Source of the DNA: an uncultured Eubacteriales bacterium
GTDB taxonomy: Bacteria > Bacillota > Clostridia > Christensenellales > Aristaeellaceae
Length of the DNA: 64,000 nucleotides
Assembly (NCBI GenBank): GCA_902800625.1
Contig: CADCFG010000004.1
Location: forward strand, 52,816-116,815
Direction of reading: 5' to 3'
Made by a program: the position numbers and the translations under genes
Shown here: positions 53,386 to 61,829 of the stretch, piece by piece
How the letters are laid out: every line of letters starts with the position of its first letter
How positions within the stretch are numbered: position 1 is the first letter of the stretch
Notes under the pieces: generated by a model
The model's database searches: none
What the model was told of the DNA's origin: nothing
The model's input: the letters and a program-made list of their open reading frames with translations, nothing else

Positions 53386-55251
53386 TTATCCGACTTCCCG
53401 CGTCAATTCGTCCTCCAGCGCGGCCTGGATGCGGTACACCCGCTGATACAGGCCATCCCGCTGGATCAGCTGCTCGTGCCGACCCTGCTGGGCGATTTTG
53501 CCGTCCTCCAGAACGAGGATCAGGTCGGCGTCGGCCAGCGTGGTCAGCCGGTGGGAGATGATGAACGTGGTGGGCACGCGGCTTCCCGCGCTGCGGCCCT
53601 CCTTCAGCGCCTCGCGGATGGCCCGGTCGGTCTCGGTGTCCACGGCGGACAGGGAGTCGTCCAGGATCAGTATGTCGTTCTCCCGCAGCAGCGTGCGCGC
53701 GATGGCGATGCGTTGCTTCTGGCCGCCGGACAGGGTCACGCCCCGCTCGCCCACCATGGTGCCGTAGCCCTCCTTGAACTGGGTGATGAAGCCCGTGGAG
53801 TGGGTCACGTCCGCCACGCGCTGGATCTCGCCGTCCGCGGCGTCCTCGCGGGTGATGGCCAGGTTGTCCCGGATGGAGCGGGAATAGAGGAAGGGCTCCT
53901 GCAGCACATAGCCCACGCGGCTGCGCAGGTATTTCTTTTCGATGGTATTGATGTTCCGCCCGCCGATCAGGATCTCGCCGCCGCTCACGTCGTACAGCCG
54001 CTGCAAGAGGTTCATCATCGTGCTCTTGCCGCTGCCCGTCGCGCCAAGTATGGCCACGGTCTGGCCCGCCTTCACGGTGAAGGACACGTCCTCAAGCACC
54101 GGGTGCTTGCCGTCGTAGTGGAAGGAGACGTGCTTGAATTCGATGTCCTCATAGAGCGGCGCTTCGCCAGCGCCGGGGGTGTCGCCCTCCACCTTCGCGT
54201 CCAGGATCTCGTACACGCGCTTCATGGCCACCATGGACTTGCCCAGGTCCTGCAATATGCGGCCCAGCTGGCGGATGGGCCAGATCAGCATGGAGATATA
54301 GCTGACGAAGGTCAACACGTTGCCGGTGGTGATCTCGCCCCGCACGGCAAACAGGATGCCGAACAGCAGCGTCAGCCCCGTCTGGAGCATGCTGAGCATG
54401 TCCGAGCCGGACCAGTAGATGGCCATCACGTGGCTGATGCGCACGCTCTTGTCATGCACGGCGTCGGCCCGCACGTTGAAGCGGTCGCTCTCGTAGCGCT
54501 GCCGCCCGAAGGCCCGCACCACGCGCACGCCGGTCAGGCTCTCCTGCAGCATGGCGCTCAGCTGGCCGTCCGCCTCGTCGGCCTCCAGAAACAGCTTCTG
54601 CACCCAGTGGAAGAACCAGAAGGCCAGGCCGAACAGCGGGGGAATGAGGATCAGCGAGATCAGCGTCAGCTTCACGTGGATGTTCAGCATCAGCGTCAGC
54701 GCCAAAACCACCATGATGACCGTGCGGAAGATCTCGATCACCTGGCTGGCCAGGAAGCGTCGCACGGTCTCCACGTCCGTGGTGCAGCGCTGGATCAAAT
54801 CGCCGGTCTGGGCCTTCACGTGGTAATCGTAGTCCATGGCCAGCAGGTGCCTGTACAGCCGCGTGCGCATGCGCTCGGCGATGGTCTCGCTGGCCTCGGC
54901 GCTCCACTTGCCCCGCAGGTACTGGAACAGGCCGCCGATCAGGCTCACCGCCACCAGCATCGCCGCCACGATCCACACGTGCCGCGCCAGGTATTCCGCG
55001 CCGCCCCGGGCATTGAACCAGCCCGCCAGGAAGCCCGGCAGGTTCACGGGGTTTGCGCCCGCGCCGTTCAGCGTGTCGGTGATGGCGTCCACGGCCCCGG
55101 CGATCAGCAGCGGCGTCAAAAAGCCGGTCAGCACGCTGACGGCCACGGACAGCACGCTGCCCAGGTATTTCATGCCGCTGCCCTTCATGAACTCCGGAAA
55201 GCGCTGCAGCACGCCGCGCTCCGCGGGGGATTTTGTCGTTTGATTCCGCAT
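53386..55251 (-). CDS. ABC exporter half-transporter (TMD-NBD), degenerate-site subunit
   Basis: Start trimmed to MRNQTTKSPAERG (GGAGG RBS). Walker A GATGSGKST, signature LSGGQ, Walker B ILILDDSLS (Asp replaces the catalytic Glu). Confidence 0.9.
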   Translation of the reverse strand: MRNQTTKSPAERGVLQRFPEFMKGSGMKYLGSVLSVAVSVLTGFLTPLLIAGAVDAITDTLNGAGANPVNLPGFLAGWFNARGGAEYLARHVWIVAAMLVAVSLIGGLFQYLRGKWSAEASETIAERMRTRLYRHLLAMDYDYHVKAQTGDLIQRCTTDVETVRRFLASQVIEIFRTVIMVVLALTLMLNIHVKLTLISLILIPPLFGLAFWFFHWVQKLFLEADEADGQLSAMLQESLTGVRVVRAFGRQRYESDRFNVRADAVHDKSVRISHVMAIYWSGSDMLSMLQTGLTLLFGILFAVRGEITTGNVLTFVSYISMLIWPIRQLGRILQDLGKSMVAMKRVYEILDAKVEGDTPGAGEAPLYEDIEFKHVSFHYDGKHPVLEDVSFTVKAGQTVAILGATGSGKSTMMNLLQRLYDVSGGEILIGGRNINTIEKKYLRSRVGYVLQEPFLYSRSIRDNLAITREDAADGEIQRVADVTHSTGFITQFKEGYGTMVGERGVTLSGGQKQRIAIARTLLRENDILILDDSLSAVDTETDRAIREALKEGRSAGSRVPTTFIISHRLTTLADADLILVLEDGKIAQQGRHEQLIQRDGLYQRVYRIQAALEDELTREVG

Positions 55252-55284
55252 GGGAAACCTCCAAATTGCATCAGTTATGCGCAT

Positions 55285-55314
55285 AAAAAACGCCGGACAC
55301 CTGCGTGTCCGGCG
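55285..55314 (-). terminator. Intrinsic terminator inside the 5' leader of the ABC operon (attenuator)
   Basis: Minus strand: CGCCGGACAC-gcag-GTGTCCGGCG followed by TTTTTT, 34 nt upstream of the ABC start codon. Confidence 0.6.
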
Positions 55315-55332
55315 GCACTTGCCCAATTTGAT

Positions 55333-55401
55333 TCAGGCAGAATAACCCCTTCGACGGCAGGTGAAAACAAGCTTGGCTGCGATTGCGTTGCGAAGCCTCA
55401 T
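55333..55401 (-). CDS. Candidate 22-codon leader peptide
   Basis: GGAGGTG RBS 7 nt before the ATG. Sequence MRLRNAIAAKLVFTCRRRGYSA*. The stop lies 18 nt before the terminator stem. Confidence 0.4.
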   Translation of the reverse strand: MRLRNAIAAKLVFTCRRRGYSA

Positions 55402-55494
55402 TTCACACACCTCCGTTCGGTTTATTCTGCGCTGGCGCGCGCGTGCCATTTTGTGCGAGAGGCCCCCCGCCAATAAAGGGCAGAGGTTCCTCTC

Positions 55495-55510
55495 TGGCGC
55501 ACGTGCGCCA
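55495..55510. promoter_or_regulatory. Perfect 16-bp palindrome TGGCGCACGTGCGCCA at the predicted transcription start (possible operator)
   Basis: Self-complementary 16-mer located 9-25 nt downstream of the minus-strand -10 hexamer. Confidence 0.4.
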
Positions 55511-55519
55511 CTGGAAAAC

Positions 55520-55548
55520 AGTATAGAGGAAAGCACTGCCCTTGTCAA
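55520..55548 (-). promoter_or_regulatory. Candidate promoter of the ABC exporter operon
   Basis: Minus strand: TTGACA (55543-55548), 17 nt, TATACT (55520-55525). Confidence 0.5.
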
Positions 55549-55646
55549 TCCATATGCGCTGGATAACACAAACTTCACGGGTTTTTGGGAGCGAATGGGA
55601 CATAAATGGAACATTTGGTCAAAATCTTTTCATAATCGGTTTGATC

Positions 55647-55675
55647 TTGACAAACTTATGACATAATATTAGAAT
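55647..55675 (+). promoter_or_regulatory. Candidate promoter of the 55721 gene
   Basis: TTGACA (55647-55652), 17 nt, TAGAAT (55670-55675). Confidence 0.5.
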
Positions 55676-55720
55676 ATTATTGTAATGTCAAAATACGGAA
55701 ACCCTTTGGAGGAAGAGAGT

Positions 55721-57559
55721 ATGCGACCGATGAAACTGATTGCGCTTCTGATGGCACTGTGCCTGCTGGCTTCCATGGTTCCCGCCGCTCTGATGGAAGA
55801 GCAGGCGGAGGCGGAGATTGCCCTGGCCGATACCGTGGACGCGGACACCGGCCTCACCGTGGACGACGGCCAGGAGGACGCGGCTCCGGAGATCATCTCC
55901 GAGCCTGAAGCCGGCGCTGAATATACCGAGACAGACGCATCCGACATGGCTTATTGTCTGGTCGGCACCGACGGCGCGGCGGTCTATTCCGATTTGGATA
56001 GCTGGGAACCCGCGGCGCTGCTGAGCCTGAACGACACCGTGCTGCTGACCGGCCCCATGGCCAGCCGCGCCCCCGTGGCCTTCTGTGCCGATGGCAAGGT
56101 GCTGTCCGGCTGGATGGAGCTTGCCGACCTGCTGCCCATGGACGAAGCGCGGACCCAGTCCTTCCTGGATGCCCTGGCCGTGGATGGCGTGGGCGCGCTG
56201 TACAAGGGCGATCTGAACTGGCCCCTGGCGGCGCTCAACGGCGTCACCTACGGCGACGGCCTGGAGGTGCTGGCGGCATCCTATCTGGCCAACGACACCC
56301 CGTTCGTGCTGAACGGCAAGGAGGTCAAGGCCACCCAGTTTCCGGAGGTCAACAACTGCTGGAAGTGGTCCCAGAACTGTTACAAATTCGTGTGGGGCTG
56401 CAATTTCAGCGAGACCTTTGAGGGCAAGAGTTCCACGGGCATGAATCTGCTGGCCAATCTGAACGATGCCCAGCGCAAGGTGACTCCGGTGCACGTGCGC
56501 TATTTCATCGGCCAGACCACCGTGGGCGCCACCATCCGCGTGTGCGGCTGCTCCAAGTCCTGCAAGAGCTTCAATAACGACGGCCTGGGCTGCGGCCACC
56601 ACGGCCACAGCATGATCGTAGCGGACAAGAGCGCCGACGGCGTGACCATCATCGACAACCTGAGCCATCACGCCCGCTACTATACCTGGCAGGGATTCTA
56701 TGATTCCTGGGGGAAGCAGGGCTACACCTACATCAAATACATTCGCTGGCCCGGCGTGAAGGCGCTGCCTGCCAACTGCGTCTCCGCGGACGACGGCAGC
56801 ATCAGCGTCACCGGCGTGAGCCTGGATCAGACCAGCCTCACCCTCACCGTGGGCGAGACCGCCACGCTGACCGCCACCGTCACCCCTGAAACTGCCGGCA
56901 TCAAGGCGGTCACCTGGGCCAGCAGCGACGAGACCGTGGCCAACGTGGCCGACGGCAAGATCACCGCGCTGAAGGCGGGCACCGCCACCATCGCCGTCAA
57001 GACCAGCGACGGCGGCTTCACCGCCAGCTGCGTCGTGACGGTGGTGAAGGCCCCCGTACAGAAGAAGCTGACCAGGACCGGCAAGAACGGCATCATTAAC
57101 GTGCCCCTGGGCGAGAAGGTGCAGCTGGTGCCCAAATTCGCCACGAAGAAGAAGTGGACCGTCACCGGTGTCAAGTCCTCCAAGAGCCAGTATGCCTCCG
57201 TCACCGACACTGGCCTGATCACGGCCGTCGCCGTAGGCAAGACAACCATCACCGTCACCACCAAGAACAAGAAAAAGGCGACGCTGACGGTGAAGGTGTA
57301 CGATCCCACCGTGCCCACCAAGGTGAAGCTGAACAAGACAAAGACCGTGAAGCTGAAGGTGGGCAAGACGCTGCAGCTGAAGGCGACCGTACTGCCCAAC
57401 ACCGCCGTCACCACTCTGGCCTGGAAGTCCTCCAAGGAGAGTATTGCCACAGTGGATGAAAACGGGCGGGTTACCGCCTGGAAGAAGGGCACCTGCTATG
57501 TGGCTGTGCGCACGTCCAACGGCAAGGTGGCCAAGGTGAAGATCAAAGTGGTCAAGTAA
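55721..57559 (+). CDS. Secreted protein: central Cys/His-containing (possibly papain-like/CHAP-like) domain plus 3 C-terminal Big_2 domains
   Basis: Start trimmed to MRPMKLIALLMALCLLASMVPAAL (GGAGGA RBS). Central NNCWKWSQNCYKFVW...GCGHHGHSMIV. C-terminal VTGVSLDQTSLTLTVGETATLTATVTPE...-type repeats. Confidence 0.75.
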   Translation: MRPMKLIALLMALCLLASMVPAALMEEQAEAEIALADTVDADTGLTVDDGQEDAAPEIISEPEAGAEYTETDASDMAYCLVGTDGAAVYSDLDSWEPAALLSLNDTVLLTGPMASRAPVAFCADGKVLSGWMELADLLPMDEARTQSFLDALAVDGVGALYKGDLNWPLAALNGVTYGDGLEVLAASYLANDTPFVLNGKEVKATQFPEVNNCWKWSQNCYKFVWGCNFSETFEGKSSTGMNLLANLNDAQRKVTPVHVRYFIGQTTVGATIRVCGCSKSCKSFNNDGLGCGHHGHSMIVADKSADGVTIIDNLSHHARYYTWQGFYDSWGKQGYTYIKYIRWPGVKALPANCVSADDGSISVTGVSLDQTSLTLTVGETATLTATVTPETAGIKAVTWASSDETVANVADGKITALKAGTATIAVKTSDGGFTASCVVTVVKAPVQKKLTRTGKNGIINVPLGEKVQLVPKFATKKKWTVTGVKSSKSQYASVTDTGLITAVAVGKTTITVTTKNKKKATLTVKVYDPTVPTKVKLNKTKTVKLKVGKTLQLKATVLPNTAVTTLAWKSSKESIATVDENGRVTAWKKGTCYVAVRTSNGKVAKVKIKVVK

Positions 57560-57573
57560 CGGAATCAACGGAA

Positions 57574-57602
57574 GCGCCCCTCTCATCCGGGAGGGGCGTT
57601 TT
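57574..57602 (+). terminator. Rho-independent terminator
   Basis: GCGCCCCTC-tcatccgg-GAGGGGCG followed by TTTT. Confidence 0.65.
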
Positions 57603-57614
57603 ACATCCGTACCC

Positions 57615-57642
57615 TTGCCATTTTCCGCCGTTGTGATATAAT
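57615..57642 (+). promoter_or_regulatory. Candidate promoter of the macro-domain gene
   Basis: TTGCCA (57615-57620), 16 nt ending in TGA, TATAAT (57637-57642). Confidence 0.45.
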
Positions 57643-57686
57643 AGATTTGATAGATAATCCTTTTTGACCATTTGAGGAGGGTTCCC

Positions 57687-58748
57687 ATGCCGCTGGAAAT
57701 CGTGAGAAATGACATCACCCGCATGGAGGTTGACGCCATCGTCAATGCCGCCAACGAAACGCTGCTGGGCGGCGGGGGCGTGGATGGTGCCATCCATCGC
57801 GCCGCCGGGCCCAGGCTGCTGGAGGAGTGCCGCACGCTGAACGGCTGCGAGACCGGCCAGGCCAAGATCACCCGGGGCTACAACCTGCCCTGCCAGTACG
57901 TGATCCACACCGTCGGCCCCATTTGGAAGGGCGGCGCGAATGGCGAGCGCAAGCTGCTGGCGTCCTGCTATCGCAGCTCCCTGGCGCTGGCGAAGGAATA
58001 CCACTGCGAATCGGTGGCCTTCCCGCTGATCTCCTCCGGCGTCTACGGCTATCCCAAGGCCGAGGCGCTGCAGGTGGCCATGGACGAGATCACCCGCTTC
58101 CTGCTGGAGAACGACATGACCGTCTATATCGTGGTGTTCACCCGGGATGCCGTGGAGCTGGGCGGCAAGCTGTACAAGGAGGTCGTCGCCTACATCGACG
58201 ACGTGTACGTCTCCGAGCACTACGATCCCTATCGGGAGGCCCGCCGCAGCGCCCGCGCCGACGGCGCACCGGCGAACGGCCTGTTCCGCCGCCCCCATCG
58301 CGAGGACACCGCCCGGAACGAGACCATCTTCGCGGAAAGCGCCATGCCCGCGCCGGTGATCGGTTCGACCGAGCCAAAGGCCAGCCTGGACGACATGCTG
58401 AGCCAGGTGGATGAGAGCTTCGGCCAGATGCTGCTGCGCAAGATCGACGAGAAGGGCCTGACCGACGCCGCCTGCTACAAGCGGGCCAACGTGGATCGGC
58501 GGCTGTTCAACAAGATCAAGAACAATCCCGCCTATCGCCCCAGCAAGCAGACCGCCCTGGCCTTCGCCATCGCGCTGGAGCTGCCCATGAACGAGGCGAA
58601 GGAGCTGCTGATGAAGGCGGGCTTTGCGCTGTCCCACAGCAACAAGGAGGACATCGTCGTCGAATACTGCATCATGACCGGCAATTACAACCTCATCGAG
58701 ATCAACCAGGTGCTGTTCCGCCTGGATCTGCAGCCGCTGGGATATTGA
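57687..58748 (+). CDS. Macro-domain (MacroD/YmdB-like ADP-ribose-binding/deacylase) protein with a C-terminal helical HTH-like extension
   Basis: Start trimmed to [41 protein letters not shown]... (GAGGAGGG RBS). The NAAN and GGGV motifs are typical of macro domains. Confidence 0.85.
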   Translation: MPLEIVRNDITRMEVDAIVNAANETLLGGGGVDGAIHRAAGPRLLEECRTLNGCETGQAKITRGYNLPCQYVIHTVGPIWKGGANGERKLLASCYRSSLALAKEYHCESVAFPLISSGVYGYPKAEALQVAMDEITRFLLENDMTVYIVVFTRDAVELGGKLYKEVVAYIDDVYVSEHYDPYREARRSARADGAPANGLFRRPHREDTARNETIFAESAMPAPVIGSTEPKASLDDMLSQVDESFGQMLLRKIDEKGLTDAACYKRANVDRRLFNKIKNNPAYRPSKQTALAFAIALELPMNEAKELLMKAGFALSHSNKEDIVVEYCIMTGNYNLIEINQVLFRLDLQPLGY

Positions 58749-58842
58749 CGATTTGTCGCCTCGCGGGCGACCATCCCGCCCCCAAAACCTCCTATAATGA
58801 TCCTGTCAACCGAAACCACAGGACATTACAGGAGGTTTTATC

Positions 58843-59487
58843 ATGAACAACAATCTCACCGAATTGGTCTTCATCCTCGACCGCAGCGGCTCCATGTCCG
58901 GCCTGGAGCGGGACACCATCGGCGGCTTCAACGCCATGATCGACAAGCAGCGCCGGGAGCCGGGGGAGGCCCTGGTCTCCACCGTGCTGTTCGACACCCG
59001 GATCGACGTGATCCACGACCGCGCGCGCCTTTCAGACGTGCCCCGGCTGACGGAGAAGGAGTACTACGCCCGGGGCTGCACGGCCCTGCTGGACGCCATC
59101 GGCGGCGCGATCCACCACATCGGCAACGTCCACAAGTATGCCCGTGCGGAGGATGTGCCCGCCCGCACGCTGTTCGTCATCACCACCGACGGCATGGAGA
59201 ACGCCAGCCACCGCTACTCTGCCGACCGGGTGCGCGCCATGATCGAGCACCAGAAGCAGAAGCACGGCTGGGAGTTCCTGTTTCTGGGCGCGAACATCGA
59301 CGCCGTGCACACCGCCGAGGGCTTCGGCATCGACGCCAGCCGCGCCGTAAACTATCACGCCGATTCCGAGGGCACCGCCCTCAACTACGAGGTGCTGTCA
59401 CAGACCATCGCCGAGGTGCGCGCCTGCCGGCCCATCGCCTCGGACTGGAAGGAGCGCATCGACGAGGATTTCAACGGTCGCGGCTGA
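58843..59487 (+). CDS. Small von Willebrand factor type A (vWA) domain protein
   Basis: 214 aa. VFILDRSGSMSG is a MIDAS DxSxS motif. ...TDGMEN... AGGAGG RBS. Confidence 0.8.
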   Translation: MNNNLTELVFILDRSGSMSGLERDTIGGFNAMIDKQRREPGEALVSTVLFDTRIDVIHDRARLSDVPRLTEKEYYARGCTALLDAIGGAIHHIGNVHKYARAEDVPARTLFVITTDGMENASHRYSADRVRAMIEHQKQKHGWEFLFLGANIDAVHTAEGFGIDASRAVNYHADSEGTALNYEVLSQTIAEVRACRPIASDWKERIDEDFNGRG

Positions 59488-59506
59488 TACGGTTCCGCTG
59501 GCCAGA

Positions 59507-59560
59507 CCCCTTCGCCCGGGATTCCGGCCTTCAGCATGGCCCCGGTCCCGGGCGAAGGGG
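59507..59560. repeat. 15-bp perfect inverted repeat with a 24-nt spacer
   Basis: ccccttcgcccggga (59507-59521) pairs with tcccgggcgaagggg (59546-59560), 20 nt after the vWA stop. Confidence 0.5.
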
Positions 59561-59706
59561 GGATCGCCCCTCTGAATGGCTGCCTGATATGTAAAGCGTG
59601 ATTTGATACAGTGTTAATATTTTCGACATCATCGCTCCACATCTGTGCGATAAACTAATATCAGATAATAGGGTGTTTATGCGCCCGCACAGAAGGGGTG
59701 AATGAC

Positions 59707-60540
59707 ATGTTTTGTCCGAATTGCGGCACACAGCTTCCAGCGGGCGTGAACTTCTGCCCGAACTGCGGCACGAAGGTGAGCACTGTAACCGCCGTGAAAA
59801 CCGCCGATAACGACAACCGCGTGATGCTGCTTTCCCTGGGCACCTGTGCCCGCACGACGGCGGCGGCGCTGCTTGCGCAGATCTGCGGCTACACCACCGA
59901 GGAAGCGCTGCTGATCGTGGACAACGCGCCCATCGTGGTGGCCCGCAGCCTGAACGACAATCAGGCCATGTACCTGGCCCAGGCGCTGACGGAGTTCGGC
60001 CTGGAGGTGTCCGTGTACGACGGCAACGGCTGGCGCGACTGGGAGTCCGCCAGCGGCTCCGTGTGGGACCAGACGGGCGACCTGGTGGCCACCGTGGCGG
60101 CGGCCCTGGGGCTGATCGACGTGGGCAACCGCATTTCCCGGGACAAGATTCGTCGCATGGACTATCCATATCGCTTCAACGGCACGCGCCCGCCGGTCTA
60201 TCGCCTGAATAACACGCTTCGCGCCGTGCCGCCCCGCCGGGTGGCCCCTGTGCGCCCGCCGGTGCACCGCGCCGCGCCGCCGAGGCCCGTCGCTCCCGTG
60301 CAGCCGCCGAGGCCTGTGGTTCCCGTGAGGCCCGCTGCGCCCCAGCCGCCGAGGCCTGTGGTACCCGTGAGGCCCGCGGCGCCTCAGCCGCCGAGGCCCG
60401 CTGCGCCTGTGCGTCCCGCCGCGCCCCAGCGCCCCGCGAACCCGGCGGCGCCCAATCGCCCGGGCAATGTGCCTGGTGGCAATGGCAGGCCCGGCGGCGG
60501 CGCCGGTCGCCAGGGCGGCCCCGGCCGGCCCGGACGGTAA
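59707..60540 (+). CDS. Zinc-ribbon protein with a small alpha/beta domain and a Pro-rich repetitive tail
   Basis: MFCPNCGTQLPAGVNFCPNCGTKV (start trimmed; GGGGTG RBS). The tail contains PPRPVVPVRPAAPQ repeats and ends Gly/Arg/Pro-rich. Confidence 0.75.
   Translation: MFCPNCGTQLPAGVNFCPNCGTKVSTVTAVKTADNDNRVMLLSLGTCARTTAAALLAQICGYTTEEALLIVDNAPIVVARSLNDNQAMYLAQALTEFGLEVSVYDGNGWRDWESASGSVWDQTGDLVATVAAALGLIDVGNRISRDKIRRMDYPYRFNGTRPPVYRLNNTLRAVPPRRVAPVRPPVHRAAPPRPVAPVQPPRPVVPVRPAAPQPPRPVVPVRPAAPQPPRPAAPVRPAAPQRPANPAAPNRPGNVPGGNGRPGGGAGRQGGPGRPGR
60304..60429 (+). repeat. Three tandem 42-nt (14-codon) repeats inside the zinc-ribbon gene
   Basis: Units at 60304-60345, 60346-60387 and 60388-60429. 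Copies 1 and 2 differ at a few bases; copy 3 is more diverged. Confidence 0.8.
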
Positions 60541-60543
60541 AGG

Positions 60544-60578
60544 AAAAAGCCTTCCCCGAATTGGGGAAGGCTTTTTTT
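60544..60578. terminator. Bidirectional rho-independent terminator
   Basis: AAAAAGCCTTCCCC-gaatt-GGGGAAGGCTTTTTTT between convergent genes. Confidence 0.75.
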
Positions 60579-60585
60579 GTATACC

Positions 60586-61815
60586 TTATTCCGCCCAGTT
60601 GCCGTCGCGGAACACGGGTACCACCTTGCCATCTCTGGTGATGGCGTCGATGGCCATGTCCGCCGTGCCGATCATGAAGTCCACGTGGATCATGGAGTCG
60701 TTGATGCCCATGGCGCGGCACTCCTCCAGGGTCTTGTCCTCGAAGCCCCGGATGGTGTCGGCGAAGCCCATGCCCAGCGCCAGGTGGCAGGCGGCATTCT
60801 CGTCAAACAGTGTGTTGTAGAAGAGGATGCCGCTGTTCTGGATGGGGGAGTCGTAGGGCACCAGGGCACACTCGCCCAGATAGGCGCTGCCCTCGTCCAT
60901 GGTGATGATGTGGGTGAGCAGTTCGTTGTTCAGCTCCGCGTGCCACTCCACAGCCTTGCCCTCGTGGAAGCGGATCCAGAAGCCGTCGATCAGCTGGCCG
61001 TCCCGGCTAAGGGGTTTGGAGGCGTGCACGATGCCCTCGGCCACGCCGCGCATGGGGGAGATGAAGCACTCCTCGGTGGGGATGTTGGGGTTGAAGAACA
61101 CGCCGGACAGCGTGGTGTCCCCGCCGCCCTTGAACTCGGCCTCGGGGATCATGCCCACGGTGAAGTCCGTGCCGTTTCCGGCGGTATAGTGCAGCTTTTC
61201 GATGCCAAGGGAGTTGAGCCAGGCGCAGCGGCGGTGCAGCTCCTCGTTGTGCTGCTTCCAGGCTTCCACCGGGTCGTCGGTCACGCGGCTGGTGGCCAGT
61301 ATGGCCTCCCACAGCTTTTCAATGGCCTGGTGCCTGGACAGCCCCGGGAACAGCTTTTTCGCCCAGGCGGCCCCGGGCACGGCGGCGATGCACCACTGGT
61401 ACTTGTTCTCCATGGCGTCCACATAGCCCTTGATCAGCGGATAGCGCTTCTGCCGCGCGGTCGCCTGCTTCTTCTGGTTGATGCCGCGAAGCCCGTCCGG
61501 GTCGTCGGAATCCAGGTAGATGCGGCAGGGCAGCTTGTCCAGGAAGTGCTTGTAGCGCGCCTCCTGATAGTCGGTCAGCTCAGAGAGCGTCTTCACGCTC
61601 TGGTGCCGCACGTGCAGCTTCTCCAGCGGCTGGTAGTCCCAGTCCACCACCACGCGCTTCGCGCCCAGCTTGTAGCATTCGTCCACCACCATGGCCACGA
61701 ATTCCGGCTGGTCCAGCCCGGCCACGATGAACACCTCCTGGCCCTTTTGCACGTTCGCGCCGCTCTCGGCGATCAGCCGCGCGTACTTGCGCAATATCGT
61801 CTTTTTCACGGTCAT
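60586..61815 (-). CDS. M29-family aminopeptidase (AmpS/PepS-like)
   Basis: Start trimmed to MTVKKTILRKYARLIAESGANVQKGQEVFI... (GGAGGA RBS). 409 aa. C-terminal HVDFMIG motif. Confidence 0.8.
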   Translation of the reverse strand: MTVKKTILRKYARLIAESGANVQKGQEVFIVAGLDQPEFVAMVVDECYKLGAKRVVVDWDYQPLEKLHVRHQSVKTLSELTDYQEARYKHFLDKLPCRIYLDSDDPDGLRGINQKKQATARQKRYPLIKGYVDAMENKYQWCIAAVPGAAWAKKLFPGLSRHQAIEKLWEAILATSRVTDDPVEAWKQHNEELHRRCAWLNSLGIEKLHYTAGNGTDFTVGMIPEAEFKGGGDTTLSGVFFNPNIPTEECFISPMRGVAEGIVHASKPLSRDGQLIDGFWIRFHEGKAVEWHAELNNELLTHIITMDEGSAYLGECALVPYDSPIQNSGILFYNTLFDENAACHLALGMGFADTIRGFEDKTLEECRAMGINDSMIHVDFMIGTADMAIDAITRDGKVVPVFRDGNWAE

Positions 61816-61829
61816 TCCTCCAAATTCAT

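Noticed and set aside
53476-57871. 666-aa plus-strand ORF (53476-55476) and 727-aa minus-strand ORF (55688-57871)
   Set aside because: They are antisense to the ABC half-transporter and to the Big_2 protein respectively. Neither has motifs or an RBS.
57687-58748. Macro-domain protein as the DarG antitoxin of a DarTG system
   Set aside because: The macro domain is MacroD/YmdB-like (NAAN...GGGV). No DarT-like ADP-ribosyltransferase gene is adjacent, and the upstream gene is separated from it by a terminator and promoter.
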